A stretch of 64,000 nucleotides of DNA from the human T2T-CHM13v2.0 reference genome, Homo sapiens. Of this stretch, positions 39,300 to 53,089 are shown piece by piece. Under the pieces are notes generated by a model. The model worked only from the letters and a program-made list of their open reading frames with translations, did not search any database and was not told the origin of the DNA. The translations under genes were made by a program, and so were the position numbers. The stretch lies in assembly GCF_009914755.1 (NCBI RefSeq), contig NC_060926.1, one strand, 5' to 3'. Numbering within the stretch: position 1 is the stretch's first letter; every line of letters begins with the position of its first letter.

Positions 39300-39720
39300 G
39301 GAATAAACTACAACTACATATAACATCTCACAAATTAAATGTTGAGTAGAAGGCGCCAGATTCAAAAGATTACATATTGTATGATTCCATTTATGTAATA
39401 TGCAGAAACAGATGAAGCAAGTATATGGTGAGAGAAGTCGAGCTGCTGGTTTTCCTGGGTTGGGGGTGGGGCGCTGGTAACAATTAGAGGGAAGAATGGG
39501 GGAGACTTCTAGGTGCTGGTCATATTCTGCTTTTGGATTTGGGTGCCAGTCACATAGGTACGCCCACTTTTTACTATTCGTTGAGCTGTATGCTTGTAAT
39601 TTGTGTACTTTTCATACATATGGTATATTTCAATATTCAAAAATTTATTTTATACTTATGGTATATTTCAAAAATATATTTCAATAAATATACCATACAT
39701 ATGGTATATTTCAATAAAAA
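39300..39720 (+). mobile_element. L1ME-type 3' end
   Basis: 'acatattgtatgattccatttatgtaa'. Confidence 0.7.
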
Positions 39721-39729
39721 TAAATGTTT

Positions 39730-39960
39730 TGAGCTCCACTATGAGCTAAACATCATAGTAGATGTTTTACGTAAGTTGTCTATAATCTTCACAATCTTAA
39801 TAACGTCATAACTGTAATTGTCACAAACTTTCAAAGTGGGTATTCTTCTATCTAGTTAACAGATATCAAAACTGAGGCTCACTGACTAAATTTACCCAAG
39901 ATCACATAATGAATAAATGGTAGAGCTGAGATTCGAAATCCAGGAAGCTTGACTCCAAAA
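39730..39960 (-). mobile_element. MIR
   Basis: 'aactgaggctc...cccaagatcacata...gagctgagattcgaa'. Confidence 0.75.
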
Positions 39961-40399
39961 TAGCCAACATTTCTCTTTATGGCATGCGGACTATATTATA
40001 TCATGACATTGTTTAGTAGAGTACCGTGTTTGATCAATAGCTGTTCTTTTGAGAAACATCATTGAGATTGGTGACAAATACAAAATTCTGGGTGGAATAA
40101 ATTTTAAAAAGTGAGTTTGATTTAGTAAATATAGGTCTTTATGAGGGCCTGCTCATGAAGGAAAACAATTTCAATGGGAATAGAAATCAAAGAGGCTGAG
40201 AATTGGGAATCTTGTTGGCAGAAGTGTGGTGATGGATAGAGCTAGTCTCTTAACATTTCATGGTGTCACAGGGATGGAAGACCCCTGGGAGCATGCAGCT
40301 CAGCTTCTCAATGGAGCTGGCCTTTCTTCTGTCATATTCCTGACAGCAGGCTATTTTTTATTCAGCTTTTACTTAAACGTCTAACCTCTCCCTACCTGG

Positions 40400-40600
40400 A
40401 CAGGACCCTTTACAATGAACAAAGCACTTCCCCAGCCATAATGTCATCTGGCTATCAACTGTGTGAGGGACAGAGGTGAGAACATTACCTCCACTTTACG
40501 GGAATGGAGACTGAGCATTAGAAAGATAGTGACGTGCTTGAGATGATACAGCTGTAGGTGGGAGCAGGACCCCTGAATTAATTTCGACGTTCTTTCCTCT
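40400..40600 (-). mobile_element. MIR
   Basis: Degenerate core 'ccactttacgggaatggagactgagc'. Confidence 0.5.
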
Positions 40601-42929
40601 ATACCGCATGCCTCTTTCCATGCAGGAGCTTACTCCGCAGAAGGCACCCTGACCCCCACTTCCACCCAAAGTTTTAATTTCCCAGCCAGCTCTCCTCTGA
40701 GAACACCTGCTCTTTGTGTGTCCAGCATGCTCCCTCCAGCTGTGTGGCTCCTGCAGGAGCTGCCATATTCTGACATAGCCCTGACCCTGATCACAGTTGA
40801 TTGGTTCACGTGGGTTCCTAGTCCAGGCTGGCCTGGGAGGTCTGATTTTCCTCCTATATTGACAGTCTCTGCAATAAACCATTTATAGTTATCTGCTCTA
40901 TGTTAATTTAATTACAGAGACACAGGAACAGATAACCTGGATTACAGTTTTTAGTTGTTTGTCTTTTCTATGGTTTCCTCCATCATTTGTTGAGGAGAAC
41001 TCTTCCTGGAATGCCCCTCACCTTTTTCTAGACATAGAGTGACTTTCTACCATCGACCATGGTGTGGTCCCTCGCTCAGGGCTAAGCTCTGCCCCCATTC
41101 AAGCAGAACATCCTGTCACTCTCCTGGCCTGTGCAGCCAGCCCCCGTGCCTCCATCTGAAACCTACTTCTGCTTGATTTGCTTGTCAGCCCACACCTAGT
41201 AAGGTCCTTGGATTCTTTGTATGACTCTCTCTTATATGCTGTTGGTACATTCATGTGTCTTCCCCAGGGGACCCTAGGCTTTGCTGGTGGCAAGAAATCA
41301 TGGCCTGTGCGTCTCTGTTTCTCTGACTTCACCAGGGGGTAGGCCAGAGCTCTGCTCAAAGAAGGGCCTTCGAAGAATTCAAATAAAATATAAAATAAAT
41401 GAATGGAAATTAACTTGCTTCAGAATGTGTGGTAACATTTTGGTGCATCACAATTCTGGGGAGACAGATTTCAGATCAAAGGAAGAATCTTTTTTTTTTA
41501 ATCACTGAGAGGGTCAGTGATAGAGTCCTGCCCAGGAAAGGGTCTGGGCCAAGCTCTGGTGCTTTGGTGTTGAAGCAGAGGTGGACATTCACTTGGAGGA
41601 TGGCTGGACAGGAGGGAAGCATGGCCAGGTGATGGTGTGATCTACTTTGTTGAACATGAATCACAAGGCATGTTTTACATCACAGTCTCAGTTCTCTCTC
41701 TTTTCCCTCCCTGTATATATATATATATAAAATTGAAACAAATGTTTCATAAAAATTCTTTTTTTGTTATGTTTTATTCTGTTTTTTTCGAAAATGTTTT
41801 CTGACCGTGGACACACAAGTAACTTTCCAGTCTTTATTTTTAAAAAACACCGTATTTGATGATGATGGTAAAAGTTGTGGCAGTTCACAGTAGCTGCTAG
41901 CATATTTTTAAAGTAGATGCTAAGAGCTTTAGAACACATGCTTCATTTCTGAACAACAAGTCTGTTTTCATTTTGTGGACACCATTAATTTTGTAATTGA
42001 CAAAATTAATTGAAACTGAACTATTTCTCTCTTTGACCACTAGAAAGCTCAAAGCAAAGTCTGTAGCTTTTCTCTGTCCTAGAATCACAGGGAATGCAGT
42101 TATGTGGACTGATATTTTCCTTGCCTTTCTTTTTTCCCTTTTATTCGTGGTTTCTCCTCTTTGCTATTTGTTTTTCTTGCTGCCTCATATGTGGGTTGAT
42201 AAATGTTTAATACCCTTTGTGGTGTGAAATAATCTAGGGTAAATGACAAAAAATAAATAACTAAACATCGTTTAATGTAATTGTTACAACAGTTTATGAT
42301 CAAGTACCCCCATTTTGTAGATAAGAACATGAGTCTCAGGGAGGTTAGTAGAGCTTGAACATGGGGGATCTTGATTTCAAGAACAAAATGAAGCCTCTCT
42401 AAAACGCATCCGCACTTCTTCCCTTGAAGTTGCCTTTTGGTCTTGAGAACCTATGATTCTGCTTCCCCCGTCAGAGGGCAGGCGGGGTGGGTGTAGGACG
42501 GCAGCAGAGGGACTCCCAGGCCTCTGTCAGTAGCACAATCACCTCTGAGCCTTCTACACAGAAAGTCCATTCAAATTCCACCTCCCATTTCTCCTTTCAC
42601 AGAAGGGCCTACTTGTCTCTCCATCAGCAATCATAGTTCTTTGTTAGGTTAATGAAGTGTGGCAGCAGCATGCCTGCAGGATAGATTAGGTAGGAGCCTT
42701 ATATCTGTGCCATCCTGTCACCTTCAGCAACTGAGTCAAGGCAGAATCATCTTTGCTTTCATTGTTACCTAAGCAGACCATGGGCAGCTCTGGGTCAGGG
42801 ACCAGGCCTCCCTGTCTAGGGTCTAGCACTGACAAGGGATAGGGAAATCTCTATGAGTACATAAGCAAGCAAATGAAGCTACCCTTTCATAATATTGAGT
42901 ATAATAATTATCACAACAGCGGCAGCTGC

Positions 42930-43505
<576 letters not shown>

Positions 43506-44652
43506 GGCAAAATGGTATCATTCCCCACTGACTCCCATTGGATGCCCCAAGATCGGGCTCAGAAACCTTGGCTGTGAATTATTAGGGCCTCTGATATCCC
43601 AGCATTCTTTCCTGGGTATTGTGTAGATAGGATTCCATTCCTAGGCCCTCTCAATGCTCTGATTATATTGTAGGTTTATACTGGTTTGGTTTCAAATCAT
43701 GAAGCAAGAAGGAAGCAGTCTCACCCCCTGCCCAGTCTGTCCTGCCCAGCTGGCCTCTTCCCACGAGAGCTGTACCGTCTGAAGTGGCATGCCCGAAGCC
43801 TGGAAGAACCTCTAGTTCCAAGCCAGCCAAGTCTCATTCCTGCCTTCAAAGGCCCACCTCAAGCAGACGCCAGATCCCGGCATCAGATCCCCGTCCAACT
43901 CATGCAAACCACAGAACTCCGGGGCAGCTCAGGTTGCAGAATCCGGAGTCGAGAGCAAGTGGTTTAATACCAAAGGAAAACATTTTCAGTTTTGTTAGAA
44001 AGAAAGCAAAACAGGGATGATATTTAATCCTCCAGCTTGCTAGTTCATTTTCACTTGGTCAACTCTTGATAGGATGTGATTCCTGAGTGCCCCAACCCAC
44101 AAGTTTAGGGTCAAAGAAGTCACTGTTTTTACATGGATCAAGCGGACATCAGGAGACAGATTTGGACCCACCAAGTATCCACAGAGGGACTTTTTTCTTA
44201 CCAACTGCTGGGATGATTGATTTTGCATAGATTTTCTTGTTGATCCTTATAATAGCTGCTTTGTCTTCCACTATTTTTAGTCTCATTTTATAGATTTGAG
44301 GATGAAATTTACAGAAGAAAGAAAAATAACATTTTATTGATCCTAGAAAGTAGAAGGGCTGGGCTCAAATCCCACATTCTGATTCCAAGCCCAGTACTTT
44401 GTATTCATGATCTCAGGTTCAAATGTTTCCTCCACTTTCACTTTCAGATGCTCCCTCCGGCCATTCCATCATAGGGCTCTGTAAGGTTGAAAGGTTGTGT
44501 AAGGTAAGGGGCATGTGCTTTGCTGGTCCCCGTGCTCTTCCCTTTTCCTGCATAGACCACAGGACTATACTCTCTGGGCTCTTTTGCAGCTCAGTATGGC
44601 TACTGTCCCGAGTTTGGGCTGGTGCAATGTGAGCAGAAGTGACCTGCGCAGA

Positions 44653-45095
44653 TGTAGTTTGGGCCTCCTGGGAAGCAGCCTCTGAACTAGAGATCAGCAT
44701 GCAGGTTAATCTGGGAGTGCTCTTGAGATTGAGACCAACTACAGGGAAGAGAAGGAAGCAGGTGGGAGGAGGGAGAAGTTAGACTGTGATGACTGAGTGA
44801 TGCCGACTCAGCTATGGCCTCAGCTGACCAGGCAGAACTCTAAGGCTGGGATGGCTCTTCTGCACTGGGGTGCAGGATAGGGTGATGGAGCTAGGCCTTT
44901 AGACCCCTGTGTTGACCAGTCATCTGCCCTAGAAATGGGATAAGACCTTGTGTGAGGCAACTCCCTTCAGCCCAGGACATTTCCGGAAGGTGATTTAAGG
45001 TAAAGATGAGCTTCCAGCAATACTCCTGTTGACTGAGGAAGTCAGCCCTTCAGCCTGATGGGGCATCTGGGTGGCATATCACAATGTCCACTACA
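44653..45095 (-). mobile_element. LTR16-like ERVL solo LTR
   Basis: Reverse complement begins tgtagtggacattgtgatatgccacccagatgcccc; TG...CA ends. Confidence 0.75.
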
Positions 45096-45336
45096 TGCCC
45101 CACTTGCAGCCCTGGTTCATAAAAACCTTGTACATATAATCCTTACCTCATTTACTTTCTGAATGAAGAGAATTCCAAGGACCTAGAGGATGTTGGAACC
45201 ACAAGATGAAAGCAGCCTGGGGCCCTGAGTGACTGCCTGGAGCAAAGCTCCCCAGACCAAAGTGTTGAAATGAACAACAAGAAAACCCTTCCTGTGTTGC
45301 TAAGTCGCAGAAATTTTGGGTGTGTGACTCATGACT

Positions 45337-45675
<339 letters not shown>

Positions 45676-47023
45676 TAGGTGGAAAGACAAAGATGCTGAG
45701 GGGATCAATGAGAGGAAAATTGGGGGCCTGCAGAGTTGTAGTATAATTTCAGAAATAGGGTAGTTGTATACCCATGGCCTTAAGAAGCAGATGTGGATTC
45801 CTCTCTCCAGTGCTGCCTGTACACAGACATCCCATACATGTGAAGAAGCACCCAGGGCTGTGCACAGTAGAGCAACTGAAGGCACCAGCTCTGGAGTCGG
45901 GTTGCCTGGCTCTACACCCAGCCCCATCTCTTGCTTGCCTTACTGTTTTGGGCCAGTTTTGAAATCACCTGTGGCTCAGGCAGAGGTGAGAGAGCTCACT
46001 GAGCCAGGCCAGAGCATCCTGGGGGCTCTACACTTCCTGGCATGGGCTTATCCAGGCAGGCTAGGGGAGGGGGTAGAGATCTCTCTCAGGTCATGTTGGG
46101 CTAAGTTGGATAATAAAGGTTTAGCCAGAGCTTCTGGGTCTCAGATTCTCTAAGAGGAGCAGGAGGAAGAAATTCACCCACATCACTTTCTAGAACCTTG
46201 CCATCCCACTGCCTCTAGCACTGGGTGGCTAGTGAGGCAAATGGGAGATGAGGTGGGACCATGCTGAGCTCAGAGGCTCCTAAGTGCCATGCCATGAGTT
46301 TGGTCTTCATTGGGCAGGCAAAGGGGAGACAATCAATAGCAGTAAAAAGAGCTGCTCCATCTAGTTTGTGGTTTCTTAGAGCCAGAAACGTGGCAGCTGG
46401 GTGGCAGGTGACCTGAAACAGAATAAGTTTATGGAGGGCAATGATCCAAAGTAGAGGGACAGGACAAGGGCTTACAGCAGAGCACCACAGTTACAGAAAT
46501 GCCGATTGGTGTGAGAGATTGCAGGTGAGGGACGGTGGGAACAGCCGCTGATTTCAGGAGCTGGGAGGAGGTGTAGAGAGTGAGTGAGGGTGAGTCCACC
46601 CTCACTCACCTCAGGGTTATTAGGGAGGGAAATTGCACAGCATCCTCCTTGCCTCCCTCAGGACAGAGACTGTGCTTTTCTCCATTCTGTGCTGGCAGTG
46701 CTGTGTGGAGCACGTGGTGGCTGGATTGGATGAATCGCACGACTGTGGCACAGCCTTTCCTAGCCATCTCCTACTGTCTCCCGCTTTCCATGGCCACCAC
46801 ATCAGCACATCAGTTCTTTGTCTCTGCCGAAGTTTCAGTTCGTGAGCCTACCTGTCTGGGCCTCTCAGAATTCTAGCAAATCCTCAAAATGCCACAGCTT
46901 CCTTGGCTTCTGTCCAAGTGCTGCTCCTGGTGGTCTGGGCGGATGCTGCTGTTAAAGGTAGGCTGTGATGTGGTGAATAAGGGACACTGACCAGAGCTGC
47001 CAGGCGGAGACCCCGGCCAGGTC

Positions 47024-47211
47024 TAGGGTCACCAGAATTTAGCAAATAAAAATAGGGGATGCCCCAATTGTATCTGAACTTTGACTTCCGGATAAAAAAT
47101 AAATACATTTGTAGCATAGATATGTGTTGGATATTGCATGGTTCATACTTATTTGTTGCTCATCTGAAATTCAAATTTAATTGAGCGTCTCCTGTTTTAT
47201 GTGGGAAGCCT
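47024..47211. mobile_element. MER53 palindromic DNA element
   Basis: tagggtcaccagaatttagcaaataaaaata...atctgaaattcaaatttaa. Confidence 0.85.
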
Positions 47212-47249
47212 CCTGGATTGCTCGTGGTCTGGTTTGGATGGTTAGAGGG

Positions 47250-47620
47250 AGCTTTACTAACGGTGGTGCCTCTTACGGTACTGAGGAGCAGCTCTGCCCA
47301 CTCTAAGAGAGGGAGCTGCAGCCCCCATGCTGGCCCAGCGCTGAGTTCATCCTAATAGCAATTCCATCGTACTTTCTTTCATTCATAAAACTCACCAGCG
47401 AGGCAATGACAACTGGGGGGCAGGGGTGGGGGGCGGGGGCTGGTTGGCAGCCGGGCCCTCATCCCTCATGCTGCCGCTGACAAAGCTTGCTAACAGACCA
47501 TTGCGGTTCCAGCACATTAGTGATCGTTATGGCCCTAATGAAGATTTGTGACGCTGCTGGAAGAGGCTTCCAGCCCACTGTTGTCTCAGGCAGAAGGGGA
47601 GGGGGTGCCTTGGGGAGCTG
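47250..47620. promoter_or_regulatory. Candidate enhancer with GC box / G4 motif
   Basis: TE-free, CpG-retaining; G6-CA-G4-T-G6-C-G5 at 47415-47439. Confidence 0.35.
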
Positions 47621-47839
47621 CTGTTGGGAAGGGAGGTTCTGGGGACTGGAAGAGCTGGGAAGGATGAGTGGCAAGGGGCAGAGAAGAGAGAGTAAGCTGG
47701 AGAGGTAAGGGCTGAGGCTGAGGGGAGAGCGGCAGTGGAGGGGGATAAGGTATCTGCAGCTGGAGTCTGGGGCCATTCAGACAAGGGAGTAGACAGAGTG
47801 GCAAGAGGTCGGGAAAACAGCAAGAAGTTAGCAGATGGG

Positions 47840-48289
47840 GGTAACTCGTTTCCTGGGGCTGTTGGAACAAATTACCACAAACTTGGGGCTTCAAACAACA
47901 GAAATGTCTACTCTCACAGCTCTGGCGGCTAGCAGTCTGAAATCGGTTTCACTGAGCAGAAAATGAAATTAAGGTATGAATAGGGCTGTGCTCCCTCCAG
48001 AGGTTCTAGGGGAGTATCCGTTCCCTGTGTCTCCCAGCTGCTGGTGGCTCCAGGCATTCCTTGGCTGATGGCTCCACCACTTCATTCTCTGCCTCCCTTG
48101 TCCCAAGACTCTTACTGCTGTTCAGGAAGGACACCTGTGAGTGCATTTAGGACCCCCCATGATAATCCAGAATGAGCTCCTCCTCCTCCTCTCAAGACCA
48201 TAAACTTAATCCCATCTTTTGCTATATTAAGTATTATCCCCTGGTCCAGCTATTAGAATGCGGACATATCATTTTGGGGGCTGCTACCA
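47840..48289 (-). mobile_element. MLT1C/D-like MaLR LTR
   Basis: 'acaaattaccacaaacttggggcttcaaacaacagaaatgt...ctcacagctctgg'. Confidence 0.85.
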
Positions 48290-48869
48290 GGTGTGAGGAA
48301 GGACTGAGCATTGTGCCAGGGTAGGGAAGCTTCCTTCAAGGACTCACTTGAAACACTTGCCCCAGTTTTCATTCCCTTCCCCTTACTCTAGTACCTTGAA
48401 TCAAAGGCAGGGTCATTCACATGTCTCCACGGGGGCAGGTGTGTGCCCTGAGGTGGGGGGAGCACTGAGTTGGGTGGGAGTCCCAGCTCTGCCTTTGACC
48501 CACCTTGTGACCTTGTGCTGGTCATGCCTCCTCTTTGAGACTGTCTCACCTTCTGCAAATGAGGATGTTGAATTGCATGATCTCTAAGGGCCTTTCTAGC
48601 CTAGAGACCAGTTGATGAACTCCAATCTCATTTTACACTGGAGAAACTGAAGTCCATGGAAATTGAACCTCAAGTCTCTAAGAACATAGAGCCCAATTAA
48701 GGCTGTTGTTCACAGTGAGTTTTGGTTTCAGCTCACAGTCTGCTCTTAGCAGCTCTTTCTAATTCAGAACTGAGGTCATAATTCAATCTGTGATTGACCT
48801 CAGAGCCAAGCGGATTTTGCTTAAGCCATGCCCTGACTTAGTATCATGGCACAAACCCAGATCAATAGA

Positions 48870-49070
48870 GAAGCAGCTATAGTGCAATGAAATTAGACAG
48901 ATTGGGCTCTGTGTGACCCTGGGCGAGTCACTGAACATTTCCCAATCTCAATGTTCTCATTTGAAAAGTAAGGATATTTTGAAGGCTATTGATTTATGAG
49001 AATTAGAAATAAATAAATAAATGCAAAATGCTCCATAGGATTTTTGGTATGTGTGTGGGGCTCAGCCAAG
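48870..49070 (+). mobile_element. MIR
   Basis: 'tgtgtgaccctgggcgagtcactgaac'. Confidence 0.7.
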
Positions 49071-49109
49071 GGTAACTCTTTACCATTGGAGGGCTTCCTC
49101 TAAGGTCTC

Positions 49110-49545
49110 TCCTATTTCTCTCCCCTCATTCTCTCTGTTCTAGCCCTGGCCCCACCTCCCTGCTATTCCTGGAATGTGCCCATCCTGCTTTTGTCCCAGG
49201 CCCTGGCGCTGGGTCCCCTCTGCACAGAACGTCCTTCTCCCAAATAGACACAAAGCTCAGGCTCACTCCTCCCTTCCCTTGGGCATTCACAGCCAAGTTA
49301 CCTTCTTAGAGAGACTTTTTTGGCACCCTTTCCTGCTTTGTTTTTCTTCCTGGAAGGTATCACTATATAATTTACTCTATGTTTTACATACTTTGTAAAT
49401 TGCCTGTTCCCCTTTTTAAACTGTAAGCTTCGTGAGGTCAGGGATTCTAGCTTATTTTTATCACTGCTGAATTCCCACTTATAACAGTGCCTGGCCCACA
49501 ATAGGTACTCAAAAATATTTGTTGAATGAGTGAATGAGTGAGAGA
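49110..49545 (+). mobile_element. L2a 3' end
   Basis: 'taacagtgcctggcccacaataggtactcaaaaatatttgttgaatgagtgaatga'. Confidence 0.85.
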
Positions 49546-49609
49546 GTGAAGGAAAATGTCTTCAAGCTGCTCTAAAACCAGACAGGAAAGAGTGAAGAGT
49601 ACGTCAACA

Positions 49610-50073
49610 AATCCCTTGAAATGATTTTGTTTTTTAAAGGAATGAGACTTAATTCCAGTGTAGTTTGCAAACTGGGAGTGGCAGCTTTTGGAACACAACA
49701 GAGGGGCGTTTTGGGAGAACAAAGAGAGGGGCTGTCTCTTATAGAAAACGTTCCTGCCCAGGTTCCCACTCTGGTTCACTATGCAAAAGAAGGATGCAAA
49801 CTTGTTTGGTTCTGATTGGCTGACACAGGTCACAGTCCGTTGATTAGGTATAGGAGGCAAAATGGGATTTTCCAGCACCTTTGATGCAGGCGGCATGAGC
49901 AGGAACAGACAGCTATGAAACTCCCAAAGTTACTTGATGATGTGAGTTTTCTGGGCATGCAGAGTACATGCCTGACCTCCTGTCAACAAATGGCTGCTCG
50001 TCTGTAATTTGAATTTAGGCCTGGTTAGCTACTCAGGATCCATCTGGAGGGATTGGCTCTTGTAGGGTTTACA
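49610..50073 (-). mobile_element. ERV1-type LTR (MER92-like, tentative)
   Basis: Reverse complement begins tgtaaaccctacaagagccaatccctccagatggatcctgagtagctaac. Confidence 0.55.
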
Positions 50074-50079
50074 AGGAGG

Positions 50080-50330
50080 AGTTGAGCTACCAGTTAGGAG
50101 ACTGCAACCATCAGGCAAAAGCTGATGGTGGGGGCATGGAGTGGGGCTGATGGCGGAGGGGATGGGATGTGGGTGGACTTGAGGGATCTTTTGAAGGTAA
50201 AGATACTAAGATGTGCTGATGTGTGAGCTGTAGGAGGATGCCAAGGTTGCCTGGAGCCTGTGGTGGTTCCACGTGGTGGTTCTATTGACTGAGCTGGAGG
50301 TGACTGGGGAGGGGAGAACCAGATTCATGA
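50080..50330 (-). mobile_element. L2 fragment
   Basis: 'ccagttaggagactgcaa...gatcttttgaaggtaaa'. Confidence 0.6.
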
Positions 50331-50544
50331 TGTCCATGTCCAGTGGCCTTTTCCATGAGGGAGACATGGAGGAAAATGAACTCTGCCAGCATTTACAGAC
50401 GTTGCGTTCTACTTCAACCTTGAGGATGAGTTCAGTTTGACTTAAAGTGATATACTTCAGCTTTCTGGGCTGGAAATTCTTCAACTTTAGAGCAAGAGTG
50501 GGGTGAATGGAGCCCACTTGGGGTCTTGGGCAGGCAATGTGGCC

Positions 50545-50760
50545 ATGGAAAAGGCTTGGCTTTGGAGTGAGACGAATTCGTGCTGAAATCCAACCCTTGC
50601 CATCAACTCGTTAGTTAATTTCATTGGACTCAATTTCCTCCTCTCTAGAATGAGGTGGTAATTCGACCTCACAAAAATGCGGTGCATTTCAAGCAATATA
50701 ACATCTCTGAGTGCCAAACCCTGTGCCAGGCACATAGCAGAACAATCAATAAATGCTCAT
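50545..50760 (+). mobile_element. MIR
   Basis: 'tgccaggcacatagcagaacaatcaataaatgc' MIR tail. Confidence 0.7.
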
Positions 50761-51489
50761 TTTCTCCCTCTGGCCCCCTGGCCCCTGCAGTACACTAACG
50801 TCATGATTTCACAGTTCCCAGCCGCAGCCACTTCTAAGCAGATGGAGTTGCATGACATTGTGAAGCACCTAACCCTCTTACCTGTGCGTGTCTCAGAAAC
50901 TCACTATTTCAGTGCAAATATGCTACATGGATTATTTTGAAAAGGCCATTTAATAATATCTTTCAAGTGACAACATTGAAAGGAAGACCTATTGCTTTGT
51001 TTGGTGGTGACTGAATTTATTATACATAAAGAATAAAAATTAATCTCTTCTTTCTCTGCCATTACCTTTCTCTTAGATTTCTCACACCAGGTGTTCAAAT
51101 CCCAGAGAGAAAACTTCCTCTTTTCAGTCTGACATTTTCAAATGTGTTGATACATACCCGATGGAGTGATTCTGCAGAAGATGGTGCCACTCATAGCTCC
51201 AACCTGAATGAAGTAGCTCCCCGAATTCTATTTATGTCATAATGAATATATTCAACTTAATTTTGTCAAAGACTTCATAGGCGCACCTGCAGCTAAGAGT
51301 GCAGTATGGATCTGGAGTGATTCTGAATTTTCTTTCCACAAAAATAATTTTGGCAGCTTGGGATCAATATCTTCCTCCCATATGTTTCATATTCTCTATA
51401 AAGTATAATTGAAGACACCCTTCTCAACAGTACTTCTCAGTACGAATACATTCAGAAATTCTAAATAGGTAATTTGAAAAGGAAGGAAA

Positions 51490-51722
51490 CTAACATTTGG
51501 CGAGTGTTTTCTATGACATTCCAGGGCTGTGTGTTATGCACCTTTGCATATGTCATTTCATTTAATCTGCACAACAATGTGAGAACGACGATGTCAAGCT
51601 TACTTTTGCAGGACAGGAGACTGAGGCTCAGAGAGGCTAAAATACTTGCCTAAGATCACACAGTCATTAGCGGTACAGCCAGGATCGGAAGCCAACGTTG
51701 TCTGACTCCAGAGCTTGCTCTG
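51490..51722 (-). mobile_element. MIR
   Basis: 'gagactgaggctcagagaggctaaaatacttgcctaagatcacacag'. Confidence 0.85.
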
Positions 51723-52046
51723 TTGTGTGTGCTCTCAACACTCCATCTCTAATTCTCCACCCCTCCCAATCCCAAGCCTCTCCTTATTGAGAATATGGAC
51801 TAAATCTTTGGGGGAAAATCCAAATGCTGACACCAAATCTAGAAAGAGCTTTCTTGGACTGGACTTTGAAGGAACATTTTTGGCTCAAACTTACACTTGG
51901 ACCACATCTACTTCATCTTTAGTTAATCGGCTTCAGTGTTCTCATTTCCTTGTGTGTAAACGGAAGCAAAGTTGGACAAGGATGTCCGTGACCTTGGACC
52001 AAAGGAGACTTTCACTTTATTCGAGGAAATCCTTGTCTTCCTCCAG

Positions 52047-52177
52047 GAGATGAGAAGGAATTGGTCCCAGCCCAGGGAGATGGATTCTTTCCTCTGCTGC
52101 TCTGACAGCCATCTCGGCAACTCTCCCGACCAAACTCCCCAGGCTGTGGCGTGCCCCGCCGTGTGGTTCCTGTTGGG
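52047..52177 (+). other. Candidate exon (lncRNA or unknown)
   Basis: Acceptor ccttgtcttcctccag|, donor GGG|gtaaga, 131 nt, GC-richer than flanks. Confidence 0.3.
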
Positions 52178-53055
52178 GTAAGATTTGGCTCCATGTCTCC
52201 CTCCACCCATTAATCTTCATTTTAGTTTGTTACTTATAAAGATACATCTTGAAACACTCAAGAAGTGAAGGAGGAGTTCATCCCTGTCACAGACAGCATG
52301 CTTCAAGGATTGCTATTTCTTCAACCTGGCCAACTTGGATGTCAAAGTGGACATCCTCTGGGAGGAAACGGCCTTGGAATTTTTCCTTGCTTTTCACTAT
52401 GTCCCCCTCCCTATATCCAGATTTGTCTAAAACAGCAAAACCCATTTTATTATTGTGTCTATGACCAAGAGGACAGGGATGCCTTTTGTGGCCCCAGAGT
52501 TGAGGGATCCCTTGACCTCGTGGTGATCCCAGTGACCATGGTCCCCACACCATGTGCCTCAGCCTGGCGGCCCTGTAATGTCCTCTTCCTGGAGCCAGTG
52601 CACTTCCACTCAACCCAGCAAGCTCATAGGCAATTTCCTGGGCAGCAAATAGTTATTATTACTCAGATTTTGGGACAGGGTTCTTGTCCTTGGGACCCAC
52701 CCTACCCTCACACCTTTGTTAAATGGATATTGCTACTGGTAGTTACCTACTTATTTTTTCCTGTGCTTCTGTTTTGGGGAAAGTCAGATAGGGGAGAGGT
52801 TCTGACCATTGGACAGCTGGTTGAAAGAATAAGCATTCCTTAGGAAGCGGAGAATTCTTATCTTGAGGGAATAAGAATCCTGGTATAATGCATTATCTAA
52901 TTTTGACTTTCAGGAAAATGGCTTCATGGGGGCCAGAAAAGAAAGGAATTAACATTTACTGAGCTCCTGCTATTCTATTAAGTCCCTGTGTTCATGGCCT
53001 TTGCTATCTACTTTATTTACATTTACATTATCTTATTTAATTTCTGGCAACCATG

Positions 53056-53058
<3 letters not shown>

Positions 53059-53088
<30 letters not shown>
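53059..53088. repeat. Poly(T)30 tract within a MIR remnant
   Basis: Seen directly. Confidence 0.9.

Positions 53089-53089
<1 letters not shown>

Noticed and set aside
41855-41955. Possible C/D box snoRNA (atgatga ... ctga)
   Set aside because: No convincing terminal stem or recognisable rRNA/snRNA antisense element
47024-47211. Possible miR-1302-family microRNA from the MER53 hairpin
   Set aside because: The segment corresponding to mature miR-1302 is degenerate on both arms, and one arm has a deletion
52265-52843. 192 aa ORF in unique sequence
   Set aside because: GTG start and no recognisable homology; about one stop-free run of this length is expected by chance in six frames of 64 kb
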